Of a stretch of 64,000 nucleotides of DNA, positions 23,844-37,414 are shown piece after piece. The translations under genes and the position numbers were made by a program. Source of the DNA: Saccostrea echinata. Taxonomy: Eukaryota. The DNA is taken from the NCBI RefSeq assembly GCF_033153115.1, contig NW_026889779.1:5022001-5086000 (forward strand). Direction: 5' to 3'. Numbering within the stretch: position 1 is the first letter of the stretch; every line of letters starts with the position of its first letter. The notes beneath the pieces are model-generated. The model did not search any database. It saw nothing but the letters and a program-made list of their open reading frames with translations, and was not told the origin of the DNA.

Positions 23844-26560
23844 TGAAATATATGGAGATAACAAACAGTATTCAAGCTCAAAAGTCCATGAAGCATTACA
23901 AAATAGGTGCAGAGCAAACACGGACCTCCAAAACATCAGACGTGGGATCAGGTGCCATGGAGGAGTGAGCATCCCCTGCCGACCGGTCACACCCGTCGTG
24001 TGCTCCTTGTCATGATCGGGAAATAACGGGAAAATCCGTCGACAATTCATTTTGTAAATAATAGCCTAACAATTAGTATGAAAAACGTCAGTCAGCATTT
24101 GACTCAATGATAAATTGTACTTGCTGACAAGGTCATTGTATCGACCGTAAAACTTACGAAATGACAACTTTAAACGGGACTTCTGATATTCTTGTTTCAT
24201 CAACTTGTTTGTCAATAATTGACTTCGTTTTAGAAATTGTACATACGTAGAGCATGCTCTTGCGTATCGAATCAACTGAGAGATATAAACCCCATATGCA
24301 GGTGATGAAGGTATATTGCTGCATAAGTAAGGGAAGTTGACGATTGAAAAGTTAAAGTCATCACGTTTATCATAAAGCTTGGTTGTTAGATTACCATTAA
24401 CGTCTTTTTCAAGTAAAATATCAAAATATGAAACAGATGTGTCAGACTCTGTGGTATCTTTTATCTCAAGCTCACCGGGATATATCGTATCGACATAAGA
24501 ATGGAAATAACCATTGTTAATTGATAATACGTCGTCGATATATCTAAATGTCGAGTTGAAGGCCACAGCAAGTTTTCTTCTTTTCACGTATCAGATTTTG
24601 GACAAATTCTGCTTCATATGAATACAAAAAAGGTCTGCTAATAACGGGGCGCAATTGGTACCCATGGGAATTCCAATTGATTGTTGGAAGACCTGGTCTC
24701 CAAAAACCACATAGATATTGTCAATCAGAAACTCAAGCATCTTTTTAATGTCAACTTCAGAGTACTTGTGTGTACAATCAGAATGTTTTTTAACAAAATA
24801 ATTTTGCAAATGACCAATGACAAGGTAAGTAAATTTACGAGTTCCATTTTTATTGAAAAAGCAGCTGTCAATGATATCAAAAAGCCTGGGTTTTAATTTA
24901 TCATGGGGAATGGTTGTGTATTAAGTTGAAAAGTCCTAAGTTTTTAAGCTGTTGATTTTGGTAAAATCTTGCGATTTCAAATTTTCCAAAAGTTCCTTGG
25001 AATTTTTAAGTATCCACATCTGATTTACACCACTTCTCAAACATATTGTTGCACAGCACTCTTGAAGTTTCCCCTTCACTACTGTTAATATCTTAGTGAG
25101 GAGTAAAGAAAGAGGCCTGGTTGAACATTTACTGGAACCCGCCATGCATCTGTTTGTAAGGATTTTTATGAAGTTTCGAAATCCAATATAGATATGGTAA
25201 TTCAAATTCATTTTGGTTGTTTGGAACATTAAAAATATTCAAAACTGACATATGATTTTGAAGAATTTATTCCTTAGAAAGAGAACTATGAGTATAAGTT
25301 GGATTACCACTTGTAGAATTAAATCCAAGTTCCTCTAAAATACATTTAATATAATGAGCCTTACAAAGACAATGTTGTTACCTGCTTTGTCGGCAGGGAG
25401 TACGTACGTACTGATCATGTAATCTATCTAATTCTTTTTTCACTTCTGGATTATTGAATACAGAAAGATAGATGGTTCTCATATTGCCCTTCAGTCTTTT
25501 AATGGGCTATTTTAACATACATCTGATACATTTAATCCATTCTGACAAAGTTTCAAGGTCTTCTTTTACATGTCTGGCCCATCGCCTGGCGTAATCCTCT
25601 ACAGAATCCATAATATTTATGAAATTCGGACGCCAGTTGAAGGATCGGGGTTCCCTATATTAAGGACCTTTAAAAATTAGTGATCTAAGGTCCTCATTAT
25701 TAACTATATTTACGTCACCAGTAATAACGTGTCCAGCAGGACTATAGTTACAGGGTGAAAAAGAACATGAACACGATGGAGGATTATGTTTCAGATATTC
25801 GATATCCAGGCACTCTAAAGTTTTCTTGTACTTAAGAATTTGGAAGTAATAGTCGATGTATATTTGTAGGAAATACAAGGTCTAGTCTTTAACTTGAAAT
25901 ATGGTGGAATACAAGACTGGACCTTTTTGTTATTAAGAATATTACTTATATTAACCGCGTCATTTCCTTTGTTGACATATTGAAGTTTTAAAAAAAACGG
26001 ACTGTTTTAGCTGTTTCTTCTTCAGTAAAACTCGGGGGGTTAAAAAGCCTATGATTTGCAATATCCAAAATCACAGATCCGAGCCTATATTCTGGTGTCG
26101 AGTAATCAAAAAATGGACTTTCCTTGACGTTTTCAAGAAGACTATGTAAAAGTTTCAAAGGGACAGAATAAAGTTTGGTGCGAATAAGATGTAGACCTAA
26201 CTGTTGATTTACGTAAGGTAGTAATGAATCAAAAGAGACATCGTGTATTAAAGGTTTATTGTAAAGACCGATGCCCATGACTACGCTTACGTCTCTGTGT
26301 ATGGTTAAAAAGTCCCATCACATTTACATTGTTACACTGTGGACTGGAAAGATTTCCAACACTATCGACATTGTCATTACATCCATAAGGAAAGGCAGTC
26401 CCTAGTTTTCTAATCCAAAATTTTTCTCGTTGTCTACGGAAAGGTGTACTCAGTGATGGACTGTTTGTATGGTGGTAAATTTTTTCTAGAATTCTAACTT
26501 TCATTGACAAAATTGAATGATCAGGTAAAATAAAGTGCTTGTAGAGAAGCTGCTGGCCCC
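23844..26560 (-). mobile_element. Naiad-type Penelope-like element: N-terminal GIY-YIG remnant, CxC linker, RT; frameshifted and 5'-truncated
   Basis: Order on the minus strand: ILEKIY..RRQREKFWIRKLGTAFPYGCND, then PPSCSCS..PAGHVITGD, then RT (GIPMGTNCAP, FRYIDD). Empty site in unit B at ~35638. Confidence 0.93.
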
Positions 26561-26599
26561 TAAATGTTTTATTATTGGTGACAAGTATTTAATTCTGTA

Positions 26600-27241
26600 A
26601 AGCACAGATAAACTACTTTATCTTTTATTCATAATTTTAAACCAGAAGTCTTTGATGAGATTGTTATTTTACTGGTTTATACTGTCATAAATACAAAAGG
26701 AAGCGAAAAGTACTACAAGAACTCAGGATACCTTTTTATAGTTTGACATTTACAGAATTATATATGTATTCTGATAGTTTTTAATCTTGTTAACTAAGAT
26801 TTGTTACCATCAAAAACAATTTTTAAAAATTAGAAGATATACGCAAGAACTTATTAAAGGAATACCTGAGGGCAAAGTGAAGTGAATTGAAGAAGGGAAA
26901 AAGATAACAGAGTATTTTTAAGTTTGGCAAAAAGAATTTCATAAACACAACTAAACAAACTTGTTCAAGACAGTGGTATTATAAAAATAGAGCAATCTGA
27001 AATCCGTACAGAAATTGAAAACGTTCATAAAACTTTATATCTATGTTGTGATGATAAATAAGATGATATTGACTTAAAAGTACATGTGTTTACAATATTG
27101 AGTATATTAAAATCTGAAATCAAGAAACATTGTATCAAGCGGGATTAACAATAATCAAAACTGGAGCTTAAACAACACGTAAGAATATGATAAATGATAA
27201 AAGCCCAGAAACCAATGAATTTACAGCCGAGTTTGATAATT

Positions 27242-27284
<43 letters not shown>

Positions 27285-27816
27285 AAGATATTAGACAGTT
27301 TCTTATCATATCAATAAATAATGGATTCCAATTAAAAGCAAGGAATTGTATAAATTTTTACCAAAATGAGAAAATTAAGAAGTTATTTTAAAAGTCTTCC
27401 AGTATCTTTGCTCAATGTTTTATGCAAAATTGCTTCTACATTTATTGGAAATAGAATGAACCGTATGTTGAATTATCAAACATAGCGCTCCAAAAGGATT
27501 TCTTAAGAATAGATTTATTGGTGAAAATATACGTATAATTTATTATGTACTCCAAAGTGTACATATAAGGAATATACTAGAATTCATTTTGCTCATATTT
27601 ATTTTGAAAAAGGTTTTGATTCAATGTTTTGGAAATATATTTACGAAACACTTTTAAAAAAAAAAATTTGGTTCTGATCTTATCAAATGGATATATGTTC
27701 ATATATAATCTAACTCAAAAATGTTCAATCGAATATGATATATTGTCATTATTTTTCAAAATCTGGTAACAAGGGAATGTCACCAATTGCAAGGGGATCC
27801 TCTCTTTCTCTCTCTG

Positions 27817-27865
<49 letters not shown>

Positions 27866-28360
27866 AGAATAAAGAGAGATGAGGAAAAGTATTTTTACTT
27901 CAATATGCAGATGACACGGTAAAGTTTCTAGATGGTTCCGGAAAAAACCGTAAAGGCGCCTTAGATCTTCTAAATTTGCAGGACTTGAACCAAATATTAT
28001 TAAAACAAAAGCTGCATGGTTTGTTTCGGAAATCACTTGTGGAAACACATTATTTAGTGAAACAGGGCTTCAGTGGACAGTTGAACCCATCACAGTCCTT
28101 GACGGTACATTCATGCTGATCTGGAAAAAGAATATGGAAAGACTAAATTTTGAGAAGTGTCTTCAAAGCATGAAATAGGAGACTATTTCATGGTCCAAAA
28201 GAAATCATATACCTCCATTTGGAAAATTACAGCATTAATAAATTTACTTTTATCTTAACTTACATATTTGTTTATTGTTCTTCCAAAGCCAGACAGAAAA
28301 GGACAAAAGGATAGGAAAAACGTTCCTATAATTTTAATTGGAATAACGAAACAGAACAAA
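26600..28360 (+). mobile_element. Degenerate L1/Tx1-like LINE ORF2 relic (unit A copy)
   Basis: Remnants GFLKNRFIGENIRIIY, FEKGFDS..WKYI, QGDPL, QYADDT, AGLEPNIIKTKA.W. Confidence 0.8.
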
Positions 28361-28374
28361 AAATTAAGATCGAT

Positions 28375-28567
28375 TAATTGATTGTATGTTTTTTATATCC
28401 CGTTCGAGAATTTTTAACTCATATAGAGACTTTTTAAGCTCTCATCCGAAAGGCCTGCAACTTTCACTTCAGAGTGCTGAGCGCTTGTCGAGGGAACAAT
28501 TGCTGCCTTTTTTATCGACTTATGTCAGTCGCGGCCGTGATTCTAACACACGACCTTCCGATCACGG
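28375..28567 (-). mobile_element. Internally deleted tRNA-SINE at the duplication junction
   Basis: Matches 37415-37685 but lacks its central part. Confidence 0.8.
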
Positions 28568-29553
28568 AGATATCAGCAAGTGGAAAATTAGTGGCCGATT
28601 TGACGCATTGCATCGATACATTATGGGGATTACCAAAGGAGGAATATTTGCTCAAATTACCTTCAAAATTTACTCAAGAACAATTCACATAAAAACGGAC
28701 GTTCGTGTTGTCATGTTTTTGTGTGTTTAGCGTGTAAATGAAGCGATACAGTAATTTGTTTCTATGTAATTTTAAATACAAATTTTGAAGTTATTTACAA
28801 ATCTGACCACTATTTTAGAATTGTACTTAATCTATGTTCAATATATCTTTTATTTATCCTAGAGAATTCTATTATGGATTAATTACTAGTATGCCTTTGA
28901 CGTAAATAGTAAGAAAGTGCTTACGAATGTATCTAATAATGAATTTTATGATCATTGTTCTCCGATTTTCCCAAACATCCAAGTAGAATTAAATTTCGAT
29001 TTTAAAGATATAGATAACCTTATCGGGTTTAAAACATACTGTATTTAAATTCTCTTCACCGTAAAACAAAGACTGTTAAATGAATAAAAGGGTAAAAATC
29101 AAACACAAAAATATACAAATATTTCGAATGTAAATATTACCTTGTTAATAGCTGTTTTCTCTAACACGTGAATTAAACAAGTAATGAGGGCCCAAGGGCT
29201 CAGTGGAATATGTCAGTTTGCCTATATGCTCCACAAAATTTGCATTCATATTAAAACGTCTGCAACCATGTGTGACGATGCAAATTTTATGTCTATTTTT
29301 TTTTAAAATCTAAAGTATGTCATTACATTTTAATTTCTCAGAATCTATCAAAATCGGTAATACAAACAGTATCCCGTGATAGTGATGGTATGGAGACAGC
29401 CGTAATGAACAGCATCCCATAATAGTGATTGTATATAGATAGCCGTAAGAAGTTATTTCAGATTTTTTATATACGTTTTCCTTTGATATATCACCACCCT
29501 GTGAGATTTGCTTATCCCAAATTTAAAATATTTTTTTTTAATTCCATGGTTTG

Positions 29554-29857
29554 GTCGCCCGCTGGCGCAGTGCTTAGAGCGTCTGCTCTAGAGTCGCGAA
29601 GTAAGGAGTTGATCCCTACGTCGCGGGTTCGAATCAAACTGTGGGACGTGGAGACCGGCCCTTCGGATGAGACAGTATAAACCGAGGTCCCGTGTCGCAG
29701 TAGGTGATGGCACGAAAAAGATTTCTCACTGCTCAATGGCCGTAAGTGCCGAGTATAGGACAAAACTTGCAGCCCTCCACCGGCAAGTGGTGGCGTCTCC
29801 ATACGAGTGAAAAATTCTCGAGAGGGACGTGAAACAACATACAAACAAAACAAAAAC
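29554..29857 (+). mobile_element. Full-length tRNA-derived SINE
   Basis: A-box tggcgcagtgcttagagc, B-box gggttcgaatc, (caaaa)n tail, 14-bp TSD aattccatggtttg (29540-29553, 29858-29871). Empty site at ~16972. Confidence 0.95.
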
Positions 29858-31588
29858 AATTCCATGGTTTGTACAGTGGAAAATTTCATGAGATAACATC
29901 AAAGTTATGCTAGGTATATTTCAATTTCTATGATAATCTTTTGATGATTTCTTAATCAAATGCTGTATTCATGTTAAAAACAATACTGAAAATCATTTTC
30001 CTTAAGTCAGAATCAACATCACATTACCTAGTACCATATTTGATCATTTTTCCCCCATTCCCATTTTTTCCTATCCCCGGTCGACAGGGAATGTTTACTT
30101 ATGTTTTTGGAGGTACGTATTTGCTCTGCTCCCGATTCGTATTGTTTCAATGGACTTTTAAGCTTAATTACTGTTCGTTATCTCCATATTTCACATAAAG
30201 TTTTATTTCTTGTTCACTATGTAAAATCAGATCAAAAGAGCTTGCAGAGATTATTATGTTTTATCCACAAATTAAACCTGATCAACTTTCTCTAATCAAC
30301 CTTTTTTCCCTTTTTTTCAAAAATGGTATTGAAATTCTGTTTGTATTATGTTGACTATGTTCTTCAGAACTACTATGCATTGAGAAAATATATATATATA
30401 TATACATGTATATATAACATATAACCGGTAGATTTAGAGGCTAATTGTACTCTTGTTTAATCATTTTATTGTATTCATTTCCGATTTACTCTGCATGAAA
30501 AATAGCAACATAGCATTGACTTACTGAAGTTTATATTTTGTGTCCAGAAGCAAGAAAGTTTTGGTATATTTGCAAAAATAAAATGGAGTTGTATAACTTA
30601 ATTATTTATTTTATAACTTATAACTGTTTGTTATCTACAAGCCAAGGGCTTTCTATGCGATCTGCTTCCAAAGGACTGAATACCCTTGACTTGAATATTT
30701 GTCATTAGAAATGAAATTAGCAAATTAAAATTAAAATCATTTTTCCACCTACCGGTAAGTTACCAAAAATAGAGTTCAAATTCTTTTCATGTTACTCGTG
30801 CATTGATATATTGTTAGAGCAATAGATCAAAATTGCTTAGTGTGATCTGATTGTCTGACAAAGGCAATTTTAAGCAGTGAATCTCTAAAAATACTCGTAT
30901 CTGTGCTTAATAGTTGGTTACTCATATATATACACTGTAATATTAGCAAAACACTGCATAAAGAATAATATTTCTAATTAAATGCTTTAAACGAAAACAA
31001 AATCTTGATCAGGGATGGGGAAATTTAAAGAAAGGGATTGTAACTGACCGTACTAAAATGCTTTTTTTTACGTTATAAAATGTACTTTGTTATTTTAAAA
31101 AGATTTTTTTTTAATTTCAAGCATAAAAATATCCATTTAATTAATATTCAATTAAAATCTTATGAAATTACGATTAGATTTTCAACAACTTTGAATTCCA
31201 TTTCTTAGAAAAATTGTTAAAACAAAAGTATCCAGATGCTTCAAGTTGACTCATTTACTAGTAAATTTATTTAATGAATGAACAAATTTATTTATAACTT
31301 ATAATTGTATCAATATTTATGAATTAATAAATATGCTGTAGTAGGTGTTATTTAATTATCATATACATGTTATAACCGGCCTTTGGCTAAGATCAAAGGG
31401 TACTCTCTCTCTCTCTCTCTCTCTAAAAATGAATTTGTAAGATTTTTCAACATCAACAGCTAATCTGATGTCAATCAGAACTAAGTTAATCTTGTCATGT
31501 CCTAGTAGTTTGAAGAAATTATTACCTTTGCGATCTAGAAAAAAGTTTTTGTGATCCTTTTTATTGGACAACTTCAAACTTCAACTGA

Positions 31589-31798
31589 NNNNNNNNNNNN
31601 NNNNNNNNNNNNNNNNNNNNNNNNNNNNNNNNNNNNNNNNNNNNNNNNNNNNNNNNNNNNNNNNNNNNNNNNNNNNNNNNNNNNNNNNNNNNNNNNNNNN
31701 NNNNNNNNNNNNNNNNNNNNNNNNNNNNNNNNNNNNNNNNNNNNNNNNNNNNNNNNNNNNNNNNNNNNNNNNNNNNNNNNNNNNNNNNNNNNNNNNNN
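31589..31798. other. Assembly gap (210 N)
   Basis: Run of n. Confidence 1.
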
Positions 31799-32239
31799 AT
31801 TACTTTTATATCACAACTTCTTATTCAAGATAAAGTAAATGATCTATTTTTCTTTCAATGAATTAAAAACAAAAAAGACAACGCCAGATGCATTGGATTT
31901 ACATATTTTAACAATTATCTTCCAAGAAATCAAGGAATCAGCTAACTTACATAAATACGTATTTGATGTATTTGTAGGGGAAGACGAGGACGAGATAGAG
32001 TTCAATGGAAAGGGTATCCTTTTGTGGAGAAGAATGATCACAGTTTGTGATCTCTTATTCTACTTCTATTCGCGTAAATCAAAACAAATTTTTCAGATAA
32101 ATAGGCATAAAAATAATTTATTACAGAAATAAAAAGTGTTGTAATAACCTTTTTTTAACAAGGTCAGTGACTTTTACTTACGTGTAAGTCGATTTTTTTA
32201 ACTTGACAATATAGACTGTCACTCTCTTTACAATGATTT

Positions 32240-32376
32240 ACCCTGTGGCGTATCATTAAATTCATCCGAGCAGAACGGTTTCAATCGTACATAGTTTTCA
32301 CGTTTACCTGTTATAATTATAACGAGGTCTACTGAAAGTTGCTGAGACAAACTACGCATCGAATGAAAATTTTAAG
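32240..32376 (+). other. Putative non-coding exon 1 of microprotein gene 4
   Basis: Near-identical to 19090-19227; donor GTTAGT at 32377. Confidence 0.55.
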
Positions 32377-35168
32377 GTTAGTTGTGATGTATTAATTCTG
32401 CATTTATTAATCTAGGTTGTTTCCCGGGGGAAATAAAAAAAATTGTGTCAAATAAAGCAATGATCCGCCAAGCTTATGTACATGTAATTTGCTTGACATT
32501 AATTAGCATAAACATCATGCAGTGTGGTAATGTGTTTAACTTGTATAAGAAGTTGTTATGATCACTACATTTGTCTCTATATCTAAATTAATATTATTGC
32601 GTAAATCTGAAGTTAACAGGAATAATAAGAAATACATGTATTTCTTGACCAAATGCATATTAATTGTTATTGTTTAATTCGTGAATCTATGCTATCGTTT
32701 TTAACATTAAATTAAGTTATAAATATATACATGTATCTCTCTTTCAAGACGTCGATATAGATTTATCGACTAAGAGTGACTGTATATAATCACTTTTATG
32801 AAGACATTTCAATCCAATTTTGTTTTTATTGCTGTTATTATGTTTTAATGCATCAGTGATTTAGGTTAAAATGCACTGAACTTTACTTTTTAAAGTTAAT
32901 CTTAAATAGGCCGGAAAAATCATTAATTATCTGGAAGACAAAACGATTTGACGATAAAAATCAAATGCAATGATCCCAAACAGTTCCGTCTTCTTAAATC
33001 AAGGGTTTAGGTCCCCTCCGCTCCCCAGGAAGCGGAGTTGATTAGAAACCCTTAGTTTAAGAGGACGGAACAATTAGAATTCAAATGTTAGAATTTTAGC
33101 TCTTTTACATTTATGTTAATATCAGATTTTCTTATTTCTAGAAACTTATTGTAAGTACTTTAAATCAATGCAACAGTTGTGTTTCCGTCATTATCTTATG
33201 CAAAGTAAATTTAATATAATTCAAAGGAATGATTCTACAAGAATAATTACATGTATATGCCTGAAGGTGCTCTCCCCCTCACACTTTTATGGATTAAAAG
33301 ATGATAAACGGGATAAATTTCCACTCGATACTGGGCGAAAAAAATGCTGAGAATCCCAAATCTTATTGACAATGTTTGATAATTACTGATTCTCTGCTGT
33401 TCTTCATGATAAATTCTGATATATACTAATATTATTACTGTTGTTTTTGATAATTATAGTAGTTTCTGATAAATACTGTCGTCTTTACTGTTGAGTCTGA
33501 TAAATACTATTGCTGTGCTGTCGGTGCTGAAATTTACTAAGAATTACTGTGATTATTGTTCTTGAGCTCAAAAGGTGCTAAAATAAAACCGAGGGCAATG
33601 AAAACATTCTACAATTATTTCTTTCTTTTTTTTTAAATTTAATTATCGCAACGATATTTTCATATTTCTTAAAAACCACTGCTTGTGACAAAAACTCTGA
33701 CAGTGATCTCAGTAAGCATAAGGTTATGAAAAACTTTGACAAATATAATTAAACCATTGAATGAAATTGTCAGTTTTATTTCTACAAGTAAATGTTTTGT
33801 ACGAATTTATGATAATAGTAAGAAGAATAAATTTATATTACAATAATTACAATTATTTTGCAGCTAAAGGGGTCTCGGTTTGATCACAGAAAATTTATAG
33901 GTTAACACTAGAGAATCCCCCACAACTGTTTCATACTGACTATAGACGTAAATTACCAACTACTAACTTTACTGCATGATAAAAGGGATGACTTGGGCTT
34001 TTCCACAGTCAAGTTCCCTCTTATGTAGAAATTTTCCAAAATCACCTGCATATAGTGTTTATAAATGTCTCCCAAGTACCGGGGTAATTCGATACGCAAC
34101 AGCATGCTCTGAGTATGATCCGGCTCACGGCGGATGTGACCGGTAACCAGGGGATGCTTACACCTCCTATGCACCTGATCCTACCTCTTTTGTTTCCAGG
34201 GGTTCGTGTGTTTGCCCTGTTCTGTTCAAATGGAGTTGCACAGTTTCACTTTCACAACAATTTATTGCCCTATTCTTTCAGTCGGTCTCTTTTTTTGTAT
34301 ATACTTAGAAAAACCGCTTCTCTCTTTTATTACACTAAGGACCGGAAAACCTTTGCGTCTCTGATACAGAGACCATTGTGCCGCCTGTGTCAAAACAGCC
34401 ACCATTTTCCAACAAGTAAGATTCCAAACCGATTCATATAAAATACTATAAATTGATATCGATAAAAGAGTTAACTATATAATATATTTTTTTTATTTTT
34501 ACCTTTTGTGGCATTTTTAATATGATATACCGATTTTCAATTGCAATATTTGGTATTGCGCCGCCCTCTTTAATAGGGTTCATCTGTGTTTTAATTAATA
34601 TTTGTCAATTATTTCATTAATTATTGGTGGTTTTATCTATAAAGTTTCATTAATTTATGACATCGTGTTCATATAAAACAAAACTACGTTTGTCTACGGA
34701 ATTTTGGGACAACCCTCTTATATAGAGTGAAAAATGTAAAACTTCACGAACAGAAATGCTACGTTAGAAATATTCATTTGATACTCAGAATTCGATTAAA
34801 GTAGGGATTCAATTTTTGTTACTTCACGACCCCTTGGAGTTAAGGGATCTTTTTTTTTTCATTGGAATATACTTAGAAGGAGAAATGGTGGCTCGATGAG
34901 TGTTGTGGCCCTTGGGTCTTTTGTTTTCATTTGTAATTCACTAGATGTACACTTTATATAAACAAGAAAAGAATCTTGATTTACTATACATGATATATTT
35001 TTATTATTGGTTTAATGTGAAATTATTCAACTCCTTATATAATATACATAGTTGTTTCCGATCTCTCTTTTTCCATCAATAGAAAGAAAACTTTTTCATT
35101 CCTTTTTGCAGAGTCTGACAAAATGTAATACATTTCAAGGATACCAAACTCAAAAGGATATAGCTATT

Positions 35169-35411
35169 ATGCCCGAACACGGATTAATGGTTGAACACAG
35201 TGCAGAGGAACAATTCAAGAAGAATAACTCGGCAAAACAAGAGAAATCTCCGGTTTTACTGGTGCGAGTATTTGTGTTGGTGATGCTATTTGTGGGAATC
35301 GTCATCGTTTGGCAAGTCCATATTATGAATCAACTTCTCCTGGATATGAACGAAGAGCTTGCAAAAATGAAATCACTGACAAAGAATGTGAACATGAACA
35401 AAACCTTTTAA
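35169..35411 (+). CDS. Small type II single-pass membrane protein, paralog 4 (80 aa; C-terminal 7 aa lost)
   Basis: Intact acceptor tttttgcag|AGTC (35111/35112). CAA>TAA at 35409 relative to paralog 3, with the SIMNLD* codons still present downstream. Confidence 0.72.
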   Translation: MPEHGLMVEHSAEEQFKKNNSAKQEKSPVLLVRVFVLVMLFVGIVIVWQVHIMNQLLLDMNEELAKMKSLTKNVNMNKTF

Positions 35412-36824
35412 AGTATTATGAATTTAGATTGATTTCTTTCAGATAGATACATTTGATATTTCGAATTGAAAATGGATTTAATATTGTACAGAGTTGCTTT
35501 TTTTTGTTGAGATTCAAAATCTTGAACCTCTCCTTTACTTAGATATATATGTTTTTAAATGTTATTAATCATGTTTTTTGTTTCGGAATCCTCAAAAATG
35601 TGAAGCGCTAGAAATACCAAGATACTTGATTATTTATAAATGTTTCAATATTGGTGACAAGTATTTATTTCCGTAAAGCGCCGATAAACTACTTTATCTT
35701 TTATTCATAATTTTAAACCAGAAGTCTTTGATGAGATTGTAATTTTACTGGTTTATTCTGTCATAAATAAAAATGGAAGCGAAAAGTACTACAAGAGCTC
35801 CCGATACCTTTTTATAGTTTGACATTTACAGAATTGTATATGTATTCTGATGGATTTAAATCTTGTACTAAGATTTGTTACCATCAAAAACAATTTTTAA
35901 AAAAATTAGAAGATATACGCAAGAACTAATTAAAAGAATACTTGTGAGCGCAGAAGTAAAGTGAATTGAAGAGGGGGAAAAATAACAGAGTATTTTTAAG
36001 TTTGGCAAAAGATTTCATAAACACAACTAAACAAACTTGTTCAAGACAGTGGTAATATAAAAGTAGAGCAATCTGAAATCCTAGCAGAAATTGGAAACTT
36101 TCATAGAACTTTATATCCTCGTTGTGATGATAAATAAGATGATATTTACTTAGAAGTACATGTGTTTAAAATATGGAGTATATTAAAATCTGAAATCAAG
36201 AAACATTTTATCAAGTGGGATTTACAATAACCAAAACTGGAGCTTAAACAACACGTTAGAACATGATAAATGATAAAAGCCAAGAAAGCAATGGATTTAC
36301 AGCCGAGTTTGATAATTCATTTTTTTTTTGGAAGATATTAGACAGTTTCTTATCATATCAATAAATTATGGATTCCACTTGTATATATTTTTACCAAAAG
36401 GAGAAAACCAAGAGAATTAAGAAAAATGTCTTCCAGTATCTTTGCCCAATGTTTTATGCAAAATTTCTTCTATATTTATTGCAAATAGAATAAGCAGTGT
36501 GTTGAATTATCAAATGAAGCACTCCAAAAGGATTTCTTAAGAATAGATTTATTGGTGAAAATACACGTATAATTTATGATGCACTCCAAAGTGTACATAC
36601 AAGGAATATGCCAGCATTCATTTTGCTCATATTTATTTTGAAAAAGATTTTGATTCAATGTCTTGGAAATATATTTACGAAACAATTTTTTTTTAATTTT
36701 GATTCTGATCTTATCAGACGGATATATGTTTTTTATAATCTAATTCAGCTATGTGCAATCCAGTATGATATATTGTCATTAATTTTTCAAAATACTGGTA
36801 ACAAGGGGGTGTCACCAAGGAGAT

Positions 36825-36872
<48 letters not shown>

Positions 36873-37414
36873 AGAATAAAGAGAATAAAGATAGATGTCA
36901 GAGGAAAAATATTTTTACTTCAATATGCAGATGACACGGTAAAGTTTCTAGATGGTTCCGGAAAAAAACCCTTAAAAGCGCCTTAAATCTTCTAAATTTG
37001 CAGGACTTCAACCAGATATTATTAAAACAAAAGCTGTATGGGTTGGTTCGGAAATCAATTCTTGAAACACATTATGTAGTGAAACAGAACTTCAGTGGAC
37101 AGTGGAACCAATCAGAGTCCTTGGCATTACATTCATTGCTGATCCGAAAAAAATATGGAAAGACTAAATTTTGAGAAATGTTTTCAAAGCATTAAATAGG
37201 AGACTATTTCATGGTCCAAAAGAAATTATGCATCTCCATTTGAAAAATTACAGTATTAAAAAATTTACTCTTATCCAAACTAACATATTTGTTTACTGTT
37301 CTTCCAAAGGCAGACAGAAAAGGACAAAAGAATTGGAAAAAAACTTTTCTCTAAATTTAATTGGAATAACAAAACAGAGCAGAAATTAAGATTGATCGAT
37401 TGTATGTTGTTTTA

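Larger units (their letters stand above)
15968..28567 (+). repeat. Tandem segmental duplication, unit A
   Basis: Colinear and highly similar to 28568-37687, starting gagatatcagcaagtggaaaattagtggccg in both. Confidence 0.92.

Noticed and set aside
29554-29640. tRNA gene
   Set aside because: A/B boxes are present, but there is no convincing cloverleaf, and it is followed by a SINE body, tail and TSD.
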